The position numbers and the translations under genes were made by a program. DNA of 59,296 nt from assembly GCA_964498215.1 (NCBI GenBank), contig CAZCHU010000001.1, forward strand, positions 1 through 59,296, written 5' to 3'. The DNA is from an uncultured Mycobacterium sp. GTDB lineage: Bacteria; Actinomycetota; Actinomycetes; Mycobacteriales; Mycobacteriaceae. Of this stretch, positions 42,501 to 54,257 are shown piece after piece. The notes under the pieces are model-generated. The model had not been told where the DNA came from. It was given only the letters and a program-made list of their open reading frames with translations, and did no database searches. Within the stretch, counting starts at the first letter, position 1; each line of letters opens with the position of its first letter.

Positions 42501-43138
42501 CGGGCCATCTCGGCCTGTCTGCCGAGCGGCTTGAGCTGGCGGCGCAGTTCGGTGGTCAGATCGGTCAAACGGGCCAGGTTCGCCGACATCGAGTCAAGCT
42601 TGCGGACCGCCTTTTCCTTACGCTTGCGATGCTTGAGGACACCGGCGGCCTCCTCGATGAACGCGCGCCGGTCTTCCGGGCGCGATTCGAGAATCTCGGC
42701 CAGCTTGCCCTGGCCGACGATGACGTGCATTTCACGTCCGATGCCGGAATCACTGAGCAATTCCTGGACGTCCATCAACCGGCAACTGCTGCCGTTGATC
42801 TCGTACTCGCCGGCACCGTCGCGGAACATCCGGCGGGTGATCGATACCTCGGAGTACTCGATGGGAAGCGCATTGTCGGAGTTGTCGATCGTCAGCGTCA
42901 CCTCGGCGCGCCCGAGCGGGGCGCGCGAGGACGTCCCGGCAAAGATGACGTCCTCCATCTTGCCGCCGCGCAGCGTCTTGGCGCCCTGCTCCCCCATCAC
43001 CCAGGTAAGCGCGTCGACGACGTTGGATTTGCCCGAGCCATTGGGCCCCACCACGCAGGTGATGCCGGGTTCGAAACGCAGAGTCGTCGGCGAGGCGAAG
43101 GACTTGAAGCCCTTCAGCGTCAGACTCTTCAGATGCAT
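39551..43138 (-). CDS. smc: chromosome segregation protein SMC
   Basis: GPNGSGKSN, coiled coils with hinge, LSGGEKS and DEVEAALD. Confidence 0.98.
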   Translation of the reverse strand: MHLKSLTLKGFKSFASPTTLRFEPGITCVVGPNGSGKSNVVDALTWVMGEQGAKTLRGGKMEDVIFAGTSSRAPLGRAEVTLTIDNSDNALPIEYSEVSITRRMFRDGAGEYEINGSSCRLMDVQELLSDSGIGREMHVIVGQGKLAEILESRPEDRRAFIEEAAGVLKHRKRKEKAVRKLDSMSANLARLTDLTTELRRQLKPLGRQAEMARRAQTIQADLRDARLRLAADDLVARQAEFDDTNQTETNLRREHDDLTQRLDARTVELEAHESAVADLSERADAAQQRWFRLSALAERVSATVRIASERAQHLDTEPGTSSGPDPDDLEAQAAEVAGQEKHLLEELAEARARLDATRAELAKREQVAAEAERAHLAAARAEADRREGVARLAGQVETMRTRAESIGETVARVTAAIDDAATRAQQAQAEFETVQGRVGELDAGEVGLDEQHDRTVSALRLADERVAELQAGERAAERQVASLQARIDALSVGLDRKDGAAWLQENRSGAGLFGSIAHLIKVRSGYEAAVAVVLGAAADAVAAENFGAARDAVAALKESDGGRAAIVLGDWPAQVVTTPGQLPAGATWAVDVVDAAPKVGAAVAAMLAGVAVVDDLANALELVAAQPQLRAVTTDGDLVGAGWVSGGSDRRPSTLEITSEVDKAQAALADAERQVAELSAALAGALAEQTSRQDAADQALAALNESDAAISAIYEQLGRLGQEARAADDEWQRLIEQRDELEASRNSTVAELAQLEQRLHNTQQEPLFEAEPVNRQETMVAAEEARAAEVEARLAVRTAEERANAVRGRADSLRRAAAAEREARIRAQRAREARVQAATVAAAVAEAGGLVAARLSAAVSSASSIRDDVAAERQVRAAALAKAREEVNEFTTRINLLTDSLHRDEVAKAQAALRIEQLEEQVLEQFGMAVADLVAEYGPAVPLPPSELEMAEYEQARERGEQVTAPAPLPFDRPTQERRAKRAERELKELGRVNPLALEEFAALEERYNFLSTQLEDVKAARKDLLDVITDVDTRILQVFTEAYADVEREFSQVFSTLFPGGEGRLLLTDPGDMLTTGIEVEARPPGKKIKRLSLLSGGEKSLTAVAMLVAIFRARPSPFYVMDEVEAALDDVNLRRLISLFEQLRERSQLIVITHQKPTMEVADALYGVTMRNDGITAIISQRMRGQELVASTS

Positions 43139-43164
43139 GACGAGTTACCCTACCGGCGCGCCGG

Positions 43165-43449
43165 TCAACGCTCTTTGAAGCCGGTGAACGCGTCGGTTGG
43201 TTCTGACCAGTCCGAAATCACCTTGTCGACGTGGCCCGGTGTGCCCCCGCCCTGCAGCAGGTCGAGAAGCCGTTGACACGCGTCGCGGGGACCCTGGGCG
43301 ACGATCTGGACGCGCCCATCCGGACGGTTCGACGCGAATCCAGTGAGCCCCAACTCGAGCGCCCGCGATCGCGTCCACCAGCGAAAACCCACACCCTGAA
43401 CGTATCCGTGCACCCAAGCGGTCAGCCGGACGTCACGCTCTTCCAACAT
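43165..43449 (-). CDS. acyP: acylphosphatase
   Basis: [12 protein letters not shown] and NRPDGRV. Confidence 0.94.
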   Translation of the reverse strand: MLEERDVRLTAWVHGYVQGVGFRWWTRSRALELGLTGFASNRPDGRVQIVAQGPRDACQRLLDLLQGGGTPGHVDKVISDWSEPTDAFTGFKER

Positions 43450-43849
43450 CTTTCACCTCAAACGTCACTTTGGTGCCATTCTTTAGCGTGCGCCCCACCG
43501 TGCACACCTGGTCGATCGCACGTTCAACGACGGTCAGCAAGCGGGCGAGTTCGTCGGGGCCCAATCCCGACAGGTCGACCTCAAGGGATTCTTGCAGCAG
43601 CGGGTAGCGCTCCTGGTCGCGGTCGGCGGGCCCCGACACCCTGATCGTGGCCTGATAGTCATCGCCGAGCCGACGCCGCAACGGCTGGTCACTGCTCAGC
43701 CCGGCGCACGCGGCCAGGGCGATCTTCATGAGCTCGCCGGGGGTGAACACCCCTTCGACATCCTCGGATCCGACGAGGACTTCAGCTCCCCGGGTGCTGT
43801 GCCCGGTGTAGCGACGCACGCCGGTGCGCTGCACCCATAGTTCAGTCAT
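43433..43849 (-). CDS. OsmC family protein (Rv2923c-like)
   Basis: [12 protein letters not shown] and CTVGRTL cysteines. Confidence 0.88.
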   Translation of the reverse strand: MTELWVQRTGVRRYTGHSTRGAEVLVGSEDVEGVFTPGELMKIALAACAGLSSDQPLRRRLGDDYQATIRVSGPADRDQERYPLLQESLEVDLSGLGPDELARLLTVVERAIDQVCTVGRTLKNGTKVTFEVKDVGRA

Positions 43850-43871
43850 GGCCCCCATCTTGCTCGGGGAG

Positions 43872-44723
43872 TCAGCGCCGCTTCGGCCGGGGCTGACAGC
43901 GCGGGCAATAGCAGGATGAGCGGTTCATGAACTTCTCCCGCCGCATCACCGCGCCGCAGCGTCGGCACGGCTCGCCATCGCGACCGTAGGCATCCAGCGA
44001 TCGGTCGAAGTAACCGGACTCGCCGTTGACGTTGACATAGAGCGAGTCGAACGACGTGCCCCCGTGTCCGAGCGCGTCGGTCATCACCGCCGCTGACGCG
44101 TCGAGCAACTCGGCCAACGTCCGCTTGGGCAGCCCGGAGGCCAGCCGGGCGCCATTGACCCCGGTCCGCCACAGCGCTTCGTCGGCGTAAATGTTGCCGA
44201 TCCCAGAGACGACGCTCTGGTCCAGCAACTGACGCTTGATCTCAGAGTGCTTGTGCCTCAACACCTTGACGACGGCGTCACGGTCGAACTGCGGGTCCAG
44301 AGGGTCGCGGGCGATGTGCGCGACGGGCATCGGCACATCGGTTCCGTCAACGGTGACTACATCGGCGACCATCCATCCGCCAAACGTACGCTGGTCAACG
44401 AAATTCAGCTCCGTGCCGTCGTCGAGCACGGCCGCGATACGCAGGTGTTTCCCGTTGGGGACCGGCCCCAGGAGCATCTGCCCGCTCATGCCCAAATGAA
44501 CGACGAGCGCCGCCCGGTCCCCGAGCGTCAGCCAAAGGTACTTCCCCCGGCGGCCCGTCCCGGTGATCGCGGCCCCCACAAGTTGAGCGATCAGGTCGGC
44601 TGATCCCAGGTCGTGGCGGCGTACTGCACGGGGGTGGTGCACCTCAACGGCGGTGATGGTCTTACCGCTAAGGTGTTCGGCCAATCCGCGCCGGATGACC
44701 TCGACCTCGGGAAGTTCAGGCAC
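43872..44723 (-). CDS. mutM: formamidopyrimidine-DNA glycosylase
   Basis: [23 protein letters not shown] and C-terminal zinc finger. Confidence 0.97.
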   Translation of the reverse strand: MPELPEVEVIRRGLAEHLSGKTITAVEVHHPRAVRRHDLGSADLIAQLVGAAITGTGRRGKYLWLTLGDRAALVVHLGMSGQMLLGPVPNGKHLRIAAVLDDGTELNFVDQRTFGGWMVADVVTVDGTDVPMPVAHIARDPLDPQFDRDAVVKVLRHKHSEIKRQLLDQSVVSGIGNIYADEALWRTGVNGARLASGLPKRTLAELLDASAAVMTDALGHGGTSFDSLYVNVNGESGYFDRSLDAYGRDGEPCRRCGAVMRREKFMNRSSCYCPRCQPRPKRR

Positions 44724-45408
44724 CGCTGAGGGCGTTCCATGCCGCCGCAGCCGCCTTCAGCTCGGCCTCTTTCTTGGTGCGGCCGAGACCTTTTCCCTGC
44801 TCGCTGGCGGCAACCACGACCGTCGCGGTGAACTCTTTGTCGTGGTCGGGACCAGTAGACGTCACGATGTAGGTCGGCGCCCCGAGGCCTCGCGAGGCGG
44901 TCAGCTCCTGCAGGCTGCTCTTCCAGTCCAGACCCGCACCCAGCGTCGGGGCGGTGTCCAGCAGGTCGCTGAACAACCGCAGAATGACCTCCCGTGCTAC
45001 GCCGGCACCGTGCTCCAAATAGATTGCACCCAAAAGGGATTCGACGCCGTCGGCCAGTATGCTCGACTTGTCGGCGCCGCCGGAGTGCTCCTCGCCCTTG
45101 CCCAGCAACAAATAGACGCCCAGACCACCCTCCGTTAGGTGGCGGCCAACGTCGGCCAGTGCCTGAGTGTTGACGATGCTGGCCCGCAACTTGGCCAGGT
45201 CACCTTCGGAACAGTCGGGATGGCGGTGATAGAGCTCCTCGGTGATCGTCAGGCCGAGCACCGAATCCCCGAGGAACTCCAGACGTTCGTTCGTCGGTAG
45301 TCCGCCGTGTTCGTAGGAGTAACTGCGGTGGGTGAGCGCCATGGTCAGTAGCCCGTCCGGCAGATCAACACCCAGCACCTTCAGCAGCAACCCGCGATCG
45401 ACCGTCAC
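44716..45408 (-). CDS. rnc: ribonuclease III
   Basis: NERLEFLGD and dsRBD; GTG at 45408 overlaps the yceD stop. Confidence 0.97.
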   Translation of the reverse strand: MTVDRGLLLKVLGVDLPDGLLTMALTHRSYSYEHGGLPTNERLEFLGDSVLGLTITEELYHRHPDCSEGDLAKLRASIVNTQALADVGRHLTEGGLGVYLLLGKGEEHSGGADKSSILADGVESLLGAIYLEHGAGVAREVILRLFSDLLDTAPTLGAGLDWKSSLQELTASRGLGAPTYIVTSTGPDHDKEFTATVVVAASEQGKGLGRTKKEAELKAAAAAWNALSGA

Positions 45409-45995
45409 GCGTCGTCTCCGGCTCGCTCCCGAAGCTCGGCTAGCTTGGCCCATCGAGGGTCGATCTGGTCATGTTGATGCCCGGGCTCTGCATTGGACAG
45501 CAAGATGCCGCACTGCTGACACAGTCCGGCGCAGTCTTGACCGCACACCGGCGAGAACGGCAGCGCCAACCCCACCGCGTCAATGATCGGCTGCTCGAGA
45601 TCCACGGTTTCGGTACTACCGTTGCGCCCGACGCGGGCGATCTCGTCGGCGTCTGTGGTCTCGTCGGTCGTACTGTCCGGGTAGGCGAACAGCTCCGTGA
45701 GGTCGATAGCGACCTCACCGGAAATCGGCTGCAGACACCGGGCACACTCCCCCGCCGTGGGCGCCGTCACCGTCCCGGTGACCAGCACACCTTCGGACAC
45801 CGACTCCAGCCGCAGCGTCAACTCCAGCAGCGCACCTTCTTCGACGGCCAACAACTCCAGGCCCATCCGCGAGGGACTAGGAACACTAATCTCCAGCGGC
45901 ATCATCGAGCCGGGTCGCCGCCCAAGCCGGGTGACGTCGATCACCAACGGCGACCGTGATCCTCGGCGCGGGGCTGCGTTCGCATGCGTCGACAT
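45405..45995 (-). CDS. YceD/DUF177 family protein
   Basis: CARCL, C..DCAGLC..CG and DPRWAKL. Confidence 0.93.
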   Translation of the reverse strand: MSTHANAAPRRGSRSPLVIDVTRLGRRPGSMMPLEISVPSPSRMGLELLAVEEGALLELTLRLESVSEGVLVTGTVTAPTAGECARCLQPISGEVAIDLTELFAYPDSTTDETTDADEIARVGRNGSTETVDLEQPIIDAVGLALPFSPVCGQDCAGLCQQCGILLSNAEPGHQHDQIDPRWAKLAELRERAGDDA

Positions 45996-46031
45996 GCCCG
46001 TATCGTACGTTCAGCCCCCGGGCAAATGGTG

Positions 46032-46769
46032 TCAGCGGGCCGCGTAGTCGTGGGTTCCCGCCGCCGTGCGCAACTGGTGCCGACCACGCCCGACGGACCG
46101 CAGCGTGCCGTTGAGGAAGTCCTCGAACTCCGCCAGCTTGCTGTCGACATAGATGTCGCACTCACCGCGCAGCCGGTCCGCTTCCGAATGCGCTGAGTCA
46201 ATCAAGCGAGTCGCCTCGGCGGTAGCCGTCGCCACGATTTCGGTCTGCGACACCAGGCGCTGCTGCTCCTTGATGCCTTCCTGCACGGCCTTCTCGTAGG
46301 TCAGGTTGCCGCTTTCGATCATCCGGTCCGCCTCGGACTTGGCTCGTCCGGTGCTGGCCTCGTACTCGCGTTTGGCAGCCGCCGCGATTCGGTCGGCTTC
46401 TTCCCGGGCCTCGCCCACCATCCGTTCGCTGTGCTGACGCGCCTCGGCGACCATGCGGTCGGCCTGGGACTTAGCATCGCTGAGCAGTCGATCGGCCTCT
46501 GCCCGCGCATGGTTGATCATCGAATCGGCCTCTGCGTTGGCCGTCGCCACGGTGGACTCGCAATGCTCCTTGGCCTCACGCAATAGCGCATCGCGAGCAT
46601 CGAGCACGTCCTGTGCATCGTCGAGCTCACCGGGGATCGCGTCCTTGATGTCGTCGATCAACTCGAGGACATCGCCGCGGGGCACTACGCAGCCTGCCGT
46701 CATCGGCACACCGCGCGCTTCTTCGACGATCGCACCCATTTCATCGAGTGCTTCAAAAACTCGGTACAC
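46032..46769 (-). CDS. sepIVA: DivIVA-like cell division protein SepIVA (Rv2927c-like)
   Basis: MYRVFEALDE...VEEARGVPMTAGCVVPR followed by coiled coil. Confidence 0.92.
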   Translation of the reverse strand: MYRVFEALDEMGAIVEEARGVPMTAGCVVPRGDVLELIDDIKDAIPGELDDAQDVLDARDALLREAKEHCESTVATANAEADSMINHARAEADRLLSDAKSQADRMVAEARQHSERMVGEAREEADRIAAAAKREYEASTGRAKSEADRMIESGNLTYEKAVQEGIKEQQRLVSQTEIVATATAEATRLIDSAHSEADRLRGECDIYVDSKLAEFEDFLNGTLRSVGRGRHQLRTAAGTHDYAAR

Positions 46770-46951
46770 GACGACACCCCTCCAGGCCTAGTTGACAGTG
46801 ACCAGTGTGCCTGGTGTTGCGCCTGTGACTCAGCTATCGACGCCGGTGTGTCGCCATCAATTGCATGTCCCGGCATTTGTGCGCTGCGGCGCCCAGCCAG
46901 ATCGCGATTTCGGCCGATGCGACGATCCAGGCGCACACCGGGCGCGGTAGG

Positions 46952-47434
46952 TCAGCCTTCAGCGGCCAACTTGGCCTGCAACCGCGCATTCACCGGCTCT
47001 GGCAGCAGTGCGGAGACATCACCACCCAGCATCGCGACCTCCTTGGCCAATGAGGAGGACACGAACGAATACTGGGGGGTAGTGGCGACGAAGAATGTGT
47101 CGACACCCGCGATGTGTTTGTTCATCTGCGCCATCTGCAGCTCGTATTCGAAGTCGGTTCCCGTGCGCAGACCCTTGACGATCGCCGTCATTCCCCGGGC
47201 CTTGACGAAGTCGACCACCAGACCCTGCCCCGACTCCGCCCGCACGTTGGGCAGGTGGGCCGTCGACTCCTCGATCAGAGCGATCCGCTCCTCAAGGCTG
47301 AACATGCCCCGCTTGTTGGGGTTGACGAGCACCGCGATCACCAGCTCGTCGAACTGCACCGACGCCCGCTCGAAGATGTCGATGTGACCGAGAGTCACCG
47401 GGTCGAAGGATCCCGGGCACACCGCTCCACTCAT
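46952..47434 (-). CDS. coaD: pantetheine-phosphate adenylyltransferase
   Basis: [16 protein letters not shown] and [11 protein letters not shown]. Confidence 0.97.
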   Translation of the reverse strand: MSGAVCPGSFDPVTLGHIDIFERASVQFDELVIAVLVNPNKRGMFSLEERIALIEESTAHLPNVRAESGQGLVVDFVKARGMTAIVKGLRTGTDFEYELQMAQMNKHIAGVDTFFVATTPQYSFVSSSLAKEVAMLGGDVSALLPEPVNARLQAKLAAEG

Positions 47435-47457
47435 GGAACTCGACGCTAGCAGGGACT

Positions 47458-48036
47458 TCAGTCGCGTTCGGCGAGCTCGATGCGGGTGTCCCCGTACCGA
47501 CGCGCCTTCCAGGGCGACCAGCCATCCGGCCAGCCGACCTCGGGTCCTGACGCCGCGCGCTCCAGCACCGCGACCGTGCCCGGCATTGCCCATCCACCGG
47601 CGTCGAGCGCGACGAGCATGTCGCCCACCTGTGCCGTGTCGACGTCGTAGGGCGGGTCGGCGAACACTAGATCTATCGGCTGGGCGGCGCCGCCGGCCAG
47701 GACCGTCGCCACCGCACCGCGCCGCACCCGGGCTCCACGCACCCCCAGGCTCGCGATGTTCGCAGCGATCACCGCCGCTGCCGTGTCATCTGATTCGACG
47801 AACAGCACCGAGGAAGCTCCCCTGGACAGCGCCTCCAGACCCAACGCGCCTGAGCCGGCATACAGATCCAGCACATGCAGCCCGTCGAAGTCGATCCGCG
47901 CCGCCAACAGGTTGAACACGGACTCGCGAACGCGGTCGGTGGTCGGACGGGTCGGCCCAGGCTTAGACCGCCCGGACTTGTACTGCGGCACCGCGATTCG
48001 ACGACCACCCAGCGTGCCAGCGATGATGCGGGTCAG
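47458..48036 (-). CDS. rsmD: 16S rRNA m2G966 methyltransferase RsmD (probable CTG start)
   Basis: [34 protein letters not shown] and DPPY; the conserved N-terminus begins at CTG 48036. Confidence 0.92.
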   Translation of the reverse strand: MTRIIAGTLGGRRIAVPQYKSGRSKPGPTRPTTDRVRESVFNLLAARIDFDGLHVLDLYAGSGALGLEALSRGASSVLFVESDDTAAAVIAANIASLGVRGARVRRGAVATVLAGGAAQPIDLVFADPPYDVDTAQVGDMLVALDAGGWAMPGTVAVLERAASGPEVGWPDGWSPWKARRYGDTRIELAERD

Positions 48037-51000
48037 GGCGATTCCCTACCCGCCGAACCGACCACCGCCAGCAGATCTCCACCTTCGACCTGCGCGGTGG
48101 CCGACACCGCGATGCGTGTGACGGTGCCCGCCCGAGGCGCGGTGATCGCCGCCTCCATCTTCATCGCCTCGATCGTGGCGATGGTCTGGCCTGCTTCCAC
48201 CGCATCGCCCTCGGACACCGCGACGGTGACCACTCCGGCGAACGGCGCCGCGACGTGGTCCGGATTGGCGCGGTCGGCTTTCTCGGCGGCGGGTACCTCG
48301 CTGGCCACACTTTTGTCCCGGACAACCACGGGCCGCAACTGCCCGTTGATGATGCACATCACCGTGCGCATACCCCGCTCGTCCGGATCGGAGATCGCTT
48401 CGAGGCCGATCAGCAGCTCGACGCCACGCTCAAGTTTGACCCGGTGCTCGTCGGCGCGGCGCAGGCCGTAGAAGAATTGATTGGCCGACAAGCTCGAGGT
48501 GTCCCCGTAGAGTTCGCTGTGGGCCTCGTATTCCTTTGTCGGGCCGGGGAACAGCAGCCTGTTCAAGGTGCTCTGCCGCTCGGGGCCGGCATGGGTCAAC
48601 GCCTCTTCGTCGGCAGCGCTGAGTACAGCCTGCGGCTTGGCAGGCGCGCGGCCGGCCAGCGCCTTGGTGCGCAGCGGCTCGGGCCAACCCCCCGGAGGGT
48701 CGCCCAGCTCACCGCGGAAGAACCCGATGACCGAATCGGGAATGTCGAATTTTTCTGGATCCGAGGCGAATTCGTCGGCAGTGATGCCCGCGCCGACCAG
48801 TGCCAGCGCGAGGTCGCCGACCACCTTCGAGGACGGCGTCACCTTGATCAGACGGCCCAGAATGCGGTCGGCGGCCGCGTAGCTGTCCTCGATCTCCTCG
48901 AATCGGTCACCCAGCCCCAGCGCGATGGCCTGCTGGCGAAGGTTGGAAAGCTGACCACCGGGGATCTGATGGTGATACACCCGACCGGTGGGAGTGGGCG
49001 GGCCGGCCGCCGCAACATCGAAGGGGGCGTACACCTTTCGCAGCGCCTCCCAGTAGGGCTCCAGGTCACAGACCGCCGACAGGGACAGTCCAGTGTCATA
49101 CTTGGTATTCGCAGTTGCAGCAACGATCGAGCTCAGCGCCGGCTGGCTCGTTGTACCGGCCAACGGCGCCGACGCTCCGTCGACCGCATTCGCCCCTGCT
49201 TGCCAGGCCGCCAGGTAGGTCGCGAGTTGGCCACCCGGGGTGTCATGGGTGTGCACGTGCACGGGAAGGTCGAAGCGGCTCCGCAGTGCGCTGATCAGCA
49301 TGGTGGCCGCCTGTGGGCGCAGCAGACCAGCCATGTCTTTGATCGCCAGAACATGCGCGCCGGCATCCACGATCTGCTCAGCGAGTTTGAGATAGTAGTC
49401 CAGCGTGTAGAGGTTCTCGGCGGGGTCGGACAGATCCCCGGTGTAGGACATCGCGACTTCGGCTACGGCCGTGTCGGTTTCACGCACGGCGTCGATCGCG
49501 GGTCGCATCGAATCGACATTGTTGAGCGCATCGAAGATGCGAAAGATGTCGATGCCCGTCGCAGTGGCTTCCTCGACGAACGCGTGGGTGACCGATTCCG
49601 GATAGGGCGTGTATCCGACGGTGTTTCGCCCACGAAGCAGCATCTGCAGGCAGATGTTGGGAACCGCTTCGCGCAACGCGGCCAGTCTCTCCCAGGGATC
49701 CTCTTTCAAGAACCGAAGTGCGACGTCGTAGGTCGCTCCGCCCCAGCACTCGATGGACAGCAGCTGCGGTGTGGTCCGCGCGATGTGGGGCGCCACCATC
49801 AACAGACTCGACGTGCGGATCCGGGTAGCCAGCAGCGACTGGTGGGCGTCACGGAACGTCGTGTCGGTGACACCCACCGACTTCGATTCCCGCATCCACC
49901 GGGCGAACGCCTCCGGCCCCACCTCGGAGAGCAGGTGCTTGCTCCCGCGTGGCGGCATGGCGTTGAGATCGATGTGCGGCAACTTGTCCTGGGGGTAGAC
50001 AGTCGAGCGACGCGGACCGTGCGGCTGGTTGACGGTGACATCGGCGAGGTAGTTGAGGATCTTGGTACCGCGATCGGCCGGCGAGCGTGCCGTCAGCAGG
50101 TAGGGCCGCTCGTCGATGAACGAGGTGGTGATCCTTCCGGCCCGGAAGTCGGGGTCGTCGACCACCGCCTGCAAGAACGGAATGTTCGTCGAAACGCCAC
50201 GGACGCGGAATTCGGCCAGCGCCCGATGCGCGCGCGCCACGGCAGCCGAAAAATCTCGGCCCCGGCAGGTGAGCTTGACCAACATCGAATCGAAGTGCGC
50301 ACCGATCTCCGCCCCCAGATGCGCGCCGCCATCCAGCCGGATACCCGCTCCGCCCGGTGACCGGTAGGCGGTGATGCGCCCGGCGTCGGGACGGAAGCCG
50401 TTGGCGGGGTCTTCGGTGGTGATTCGGCACTGCAGGGCGAAACCCCGTGGCGCCCCCAATGTTTCCTGGCTCAGGCCAAGATCGGCGAGCGTCTCCCCCG
50501 ACGCAATTCGCAGCTGGCTGGCGACCAAGTCCACATCGGTGATTTCCTCGGTGACGGTGTGCTCCACCTGGATTCGCGGATTGCATTCGATGAATACATG
50601 GCGCCCGCGCTCGTCGAGGAGGAACTCGACGGTGCCCGCACACGAGTAGTTGATCTCGCGGGCGAACGCGACGGCGTCGTCGCAAATCTTCTGGCGCAGC
50701 TCGTGAGCCAGGTTCGGGGCCGGCGCGAGCTCGATCACCTTCTGGTGCCGCCGCTGCACGCTGCAGTCACGCTCGAACAGGTGCATCACATTGCCAGTGG
50801 TATCGGCGAGTATCTGCACTTCGATGTGGCGCGGATTGAGCACGGCCTGCTCGAGATACACCGTCGGATCACCGAACGCCGACTCAGCCTCGCGACTGGC
50901 TGCTTCCACAGCCTCACCCAAGGCCGCGCGGTCGGTGACCCGGCGCATGCCCCGACCGCCACCACCGGACACCGCCTTGACGAACAGCGGGAACTCCATG

Positions 51001-51458
51001 TCGCGCGCGGCGTCGAGCAACTCGTCGACCGACGCGGACGGCGCCGACGACGCCAACACCGGCAGACCTGCCGCACGCGCTGCGGCGATCGCCCGAGCCT
51101 TGTTGCCTGTCAGCTCCAATACCCCCGAGCTGGGCCCCACGAACGTGATGCCATTGGCCGCACAGGCCGCGGCCAGTTCCGGGTTCTCCGAGAGGAATCC
51201 GTAACCCGGATACACCGCATCAGCCCCGGCCTGGGTGGCCACCCGGATAATCTCGTCGACCGACAGGTACGCCCGGACCGGGTGGCCGACGCTCCCGATC
51301 TGGTAGGACTCGTCTGCTTTCAGACGATGCAGGGAATTGCGATCCTCATACGGGTAGACCGCGACCGTCGCGATGCCCATCTCGTAGGCCGCGCGGAACG
51401 CACGGATGGCGATCTCGCCGCGATTGGCGACGAGCACTTTGGAGATCCGAGCGGTCAC
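48033..51458 (-). CDS. pyc: pyruvate carboxylase
   Basis: ANRGEIA biotin carboxylase domain, RDAHQSL carboxyltransferase domain and EAMKME biotin site. Confidence 0.98.
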   Translation of the reverse strand: MTARISKVLVANRGEIAIRAFRAAYEMGIATVAVYPYEDRNSLHRLKADESYQIGSVGHPVRAYLSVDEIIRVATQAGADAVYPGYGFLSENPELAAACAANGITFVGPSSGVLELTGNKARAIAAARAAGLPVLASSAPSASVDELLDAARDMEFPLFVKAVSGGGGRGMRRVTDRAALGEAVEAASREAESAFGDPTVYLEQAVLNPRHIEVQILADTTGNVMHLFERDCSVQRRHQKVIELAPAPNLAHELRQKICDDAVAFAREINYSCAGTVEFLLDERGRHVFIECNPRIQVEHTVTEEITDVDLVASQLRIASGETLADLGLSQETLGAPRGFALQCRITTEDPANGFRPDAGRITAYRSPGGAGIRLDGGAHLGAEIGAHFDSMLVKLTCRGRDFSAAVARAHRALAEFRVRGVSTNIPFLQAVVDDPDFRAGRITTSFIDERPYLLTARSPADRGTKILNYLADVTVNQPHGPRRSTVYPQDKLPHIDLNAMPPRGSKHLLSEVGPEAFARWMRESKSVGVTDTTFRDAHQSLLATRIRTSSLLMVAPHIARTTPQLLSIECWGGATYDVALRFLKEDPWERLAALREAVPNICLQMLLRGRNTVGYTPYPESVTHAFVEEATATGIDIFRIFDALNNVDSMRPAIDAVRETDTAVAEVAMSYTGDLSDPAENLYTLDYYLKLAEQIVDAGAHVLAIKDMAGLLRPQAATMLISALRSRFDLPVHVHTHDTPGGQLATYLAAWQAGANAVDGASAPLAGTTSQPALSSIVAATANTKYDTGLSLSAVCDLEPYWEALRKVYAPFDVAAAGPPTPTGRVYHHQIPGGQLSNLRQQAIALGLGDRFEEIEDSYAAADRILGRLIKVTPSSKVVGDLALALVGAGITADEFASDPEKFDIPDSVIGFFRGELGDPPGGWPEPLRTKALAGRAPAKPQAVLSAADEEALTHAGPERQSTLNRLLFPGPTKEYEAHSELYGDTSSLSANQFFYGLRRADEHRVKLERGVELLIGLEAISDPDERGMRTVMCIINGQLRPVVVRDKSVASEVPAAEKADRANPDHVAAPFAGVVTVAVSEGDAVEAGQTIATIEAMKMEAAITAPRAGTVTRIAVSATAQVEGGDLLAVVGSAGRESP

Positions 51459-51507
51459 GGTTCACTCTAACCCTCGCGAATCCTCACGTCCTCGCGGTTC
51501 TCGACAA

Positions 51508-52152
51508 TCAGATGAGGGTCGACCAATAGTTCCAGAAACGCACGAGAATCAGCAGAGCGACGGCGGTGAACCACAGCGCCACCACCGACCAGCGCCATGC
51601 GTAGAGCGTCCTGACCAGGACAGAGCCGCTGCTGTGGGGGGCCATGGCTATCGACGCGACTACCACCAGAAGCGGGATCGTCACCGCCCACACCACCATG
51701 CAGTAGGGGCACAGCGCGCCGATGCGGTACAGACTCTGGAAGATCAGCCAGTGCACGAACACCGCACCCAGCAGCGTGCCTACCGTCAGACCCGCCCAAT
51801 ACCAGCGCGGCAAGGGCACCTTGGTAACTGTAAGCACACCGGTTACGAGCACAACGGTGAAGGCGACGACACCGATCAACGGGTTGGGGAAACCGAACAG
51901 GGACGCCTGCGGAGTGATCATCACCGAGCCACAGGACAGCACCGGGTTGATGCTGCAGGTTGGCACATATTTCGGGTTGATCAGGATTTCGATCTTCTCG
52001 ATCGTCAGGGTCAGCGCCGCGGCCAGGCCGACGACACCGGCGATCAGCACCCACAGCGCGCTGGCTCTGCCCACCGCGACCCCGGCGGGCCCAGCCCCCG
52101 ACGGTACGGCCGGCGAAGATACCGAGTTAGGCGTCGATTCGGTCACCGTCAC
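51508..52152 (-). CDS. vkor: vitamin K epoxide reductase family protein
   Basis: CSINPVLSC and ALCPYC; TM helices; coupled to dsbA. Confidence 0.94.
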   Translation of the reverse strand: MTVTESTPNSVSSPAVPSGAGPAGVAVGRASALWVLIAGVVGLAAALTLTIEKIEILINPKYVPTCSINPVLSCGSVMITPQASLFGFPNPLIGVVAFTVVLVTGVLTVTKVPLPRWYWAGLTVGTLLGAVFVHWLIFQSLYRIGALCPYCMVVWAVTIPLLVVVASIAMAPHSSGSVLVRTLYAWRWSVVALWFTAVALLILVRFWNYWSTLI

Positions 52153-52922
52153 GGCGCCGGTGCTGGCTCCGGCGCGGGCTCCGGCGCTGCCGCATCGAGG
52201 CCGGGCACATCACCGACGATCTCTTTGATCTTGGCTACCAGGGCGTCCGGAGTGCTGGGTTCGTACTCCTCGCCATTGATACGAATCGTCGGGGTGGACT
52301 TGATGCCCGCGGCAGTGGCCATGCCACTGACCATATCGACGTAGGTGCCCTTGTTGATGCATTCGGGAACGGTTCCGCCGGCACCGGCCTGACGCGCGAT
52401 CTCGATGAGACGATCGTTGTCCGGGAAGTCCGCCCCCATCTCACGGGGCTGCTGCGCATAGAGCGCTGCGCTGAATCGTTGGAACGCCTCGACGGACTCG
52501 TTGGCCACACAATAGGCCGCGCCCCCGGCACGCGCCGGGTAGTTCTGGTTCTGCGGACTGTCCAGGATGCCGACCATGTAGTAATCAGCAGCGATCGCAC
52601 CGGAGTCGACGAGCTTTTTGATGGTGGGGCCGAACTGCTGCTCGAGGACGGCGCAGTGCGGGCACAGGAAGTCCTCGTACAACGACAGGACCACCTTCGG
52701 CTCTTCGGTGCCTTCCTTCTTGATCAGGCTGCTCGACTCCACCCTGATGGGCATCGTCTCGCCTGCGGTCGGCTTGTCCTCAGCCGACATCACGATGTAG
52801 AGCACTAGCACGACCGCGAAGATGACCACCACAGCGGTCAGACCGATCTGCACGAACAGGTTGCGCTTACGATCGGCTGCCCTCAGGTCGTAGCGCGGGT
52901 TCTTCTTGGGTTTGGAAGCCAC
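52149..52922 (-). CDS. dsbA: membrane-anchored DsbA-family thiol-disulfide oxidoreductase
   Basis: N-terminal TM segment, EDFLCPHC and STPT; GTG start at 52922. Confidence 0.92.
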   Translation of the reverse strand: MASKPKKNPRYDLRAADRKRNLFVQIGLTAVVVIFAVVLVLYIVMSAEDKPTAGETMPIRVESSSLIKKEGTEEPKVVLSLYEDFLCPHCAVLEQQFGPTIKKLVDSGAIAADYYMVGILDSPQNQNYPARAGGAAYCVANESVEAFQRFSAALYAQQPREMGADFPDNDRLIEIARQAGAGGTVPECINKGTYVDMVSGMATAAGIKSTPTIRINGEEYEPSTPDALVAKIKEIVGDVPGLDAAAPEPAPEPAPAP

Positions 52923-52954
52923 GGCACACAGAGTACCGAGACCCCTCGGCGCGG

Positions 52955-54070
52955 CTAGCAGGCGCGGGTCAGATGGGCGCGCATCGCCGAGATGACCTCG
53001 GCGGTCGCGGTGGCGCTGGCACCGCCCAGCGGGAAGAAGTTGGCGAAGCCGTGCAACAGCGATCCGTACTCCCGATAGTCGACGGGCACGCCCGCCCGGC
53101 GCATGCCGTCGGCATAGCAGCGTCCCTCGTCGCGCAGCGGGTCGAACCCGGCGGTGACAACCAGCGCCGGCGCCAATCCAGACAGGTCGTCGGCAAGCAG
53201 TGGCGACACCAGCGGGTCTGCCATGTCGACGCTCGCCCCGGCGAGGAATCGGTCTCTGAACCAATCGATATCACGTTTGGTGAGGAAAAAACCGCGGGCA
53301 AACAGCGTCTTCGAGCGTGTTTGGGCCAGGTAATCGGTCACCGGATACAACAGCAGCTGCAACGCCGGTGGGATCTCCCGCTCATCGCGCGCCCGCATCG
53401 ACACCACCGCAGCCAGGTTCGCTCCCGCGCTGTCCCCCGCTACCGCGACGCGCTGCGGATCGGCGCCCAACTCGGCCGCGTGCTCGCGGGCCCACAAGTA
53501 GGCGGCGTACGCGTCCTGCGAGCCCGCCGGCGCCTTGTGTTCGGGTGCCAGCCGGTAGTCCACCGACAGGACGTGGACTCGACCTGCCCGGCACATCTCA
53601 CGGCACAGGTCATCATGGGTTTCGATGCTGCCGATCACATGACCGCCGCCGTGGTAGAAGACCAGCAACGGCGCGGCCGTTTTGTCGGTGCGGTAGTGCC
53701 GGGCCTGTACCGGGCCTACGGCACCCGTCAGCGCAAGATCAGTGACTTCGGCGACCGGAATGTGTTTCTTGAAGCCGCCCACGAGTCGCTCCAACCGAGC
53801 GCGAGCCGCGACATGGTCGTCGTCGGCGACCAACCCGTCGAGGCCGAGCGCCTGCTGACCGGCCAGCATCAGCTGCAGGGTCGTATCCAGGGTGTTGCCG
53901 TCGAGGGTGATCGAACGGCCGCCCAGCAGCAGGCGCTTGACGCGATCCGGAATGTGCGGCAGCCCACGCAGCAATATGGCTGCAACCCTGTCGGTGACGG
54001 CGTCCAGGGCTCGTGCCTCGCGACGTACCAGCGGGTCTGCAGCGTCCCGCTCCATCTCGCTCTTCGTCAT
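52955..54070 (-). CDS. lipN: HSL-family lipase/esterase (LipN-like)
   Basis: HGGG, GDSAG, DPLRDEG and HGF. Confidence 0.85.
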   Translation of the reverse strand: MTKSEMERDAADPLVRREARALDAVTDRVAAILLRGLPHIPDRVKRLLLGGRSITLDGNTLDTTLQLMLAGQQALGLDGLVADDDHVAARARLERLVGGFKKHIPVAEVTDLALTGAVGPVQARHYRTDKTAAPLLVFYHGGGHVIGSIETHDDLCREMCRAGRVHVLSVDYRLAPEHKAPAGSQDAYAAYLWAREHAAELGADPQRVAVAGDSAGANLAAVVSMRARDEREIPPALQLLLYPVTDYLAQTRSKTLFARGFFLTKRDIDWFRDRFLAGASVDMADPLVSPLLADDLSGLAPALVVTAGFDPLRDEGRCYADGMRRAGVPVDYREYGSLLHGFANFFPLGGASATATAEVISAMRAHLTRAC

Positions 54071-54257
54071 GTGCACTCCATCGTCTACCCACGACCCTAC
54101 GCCGGGGCGACATGACGAAACTCCCGGGCGGGGCGATGATTAGGAGCCTTACCGCCACGGCAATATAGTCATCGGCGAAACCATCTCCCGCACCAGACAC
54201 GATCGTCTTGGGCGGGATTTCGGTGGACGTGAATTCCACTTCAGCAGGGTAGGTGAC

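Noticed and set aside
45405-45408. Absence of rpmF between yceD and rnc
   Set aside because: Direct yceD-rnc coupling is the normal mycobacterial arrangement as I recall it
47458-48036. rsmD as a 5'-truncated pseudogene
   Set aside because: The conserved N-terminus is present in frame; a CTG start explains the short ORF call
48255-50360. Long antisense ORFs (701 aa here; also 41783-43276, 9799-11088, 52973-54115 and others)
   Set aside because: Shadow frames of GC-rich genes with strong codon bias; no recognisable motifs
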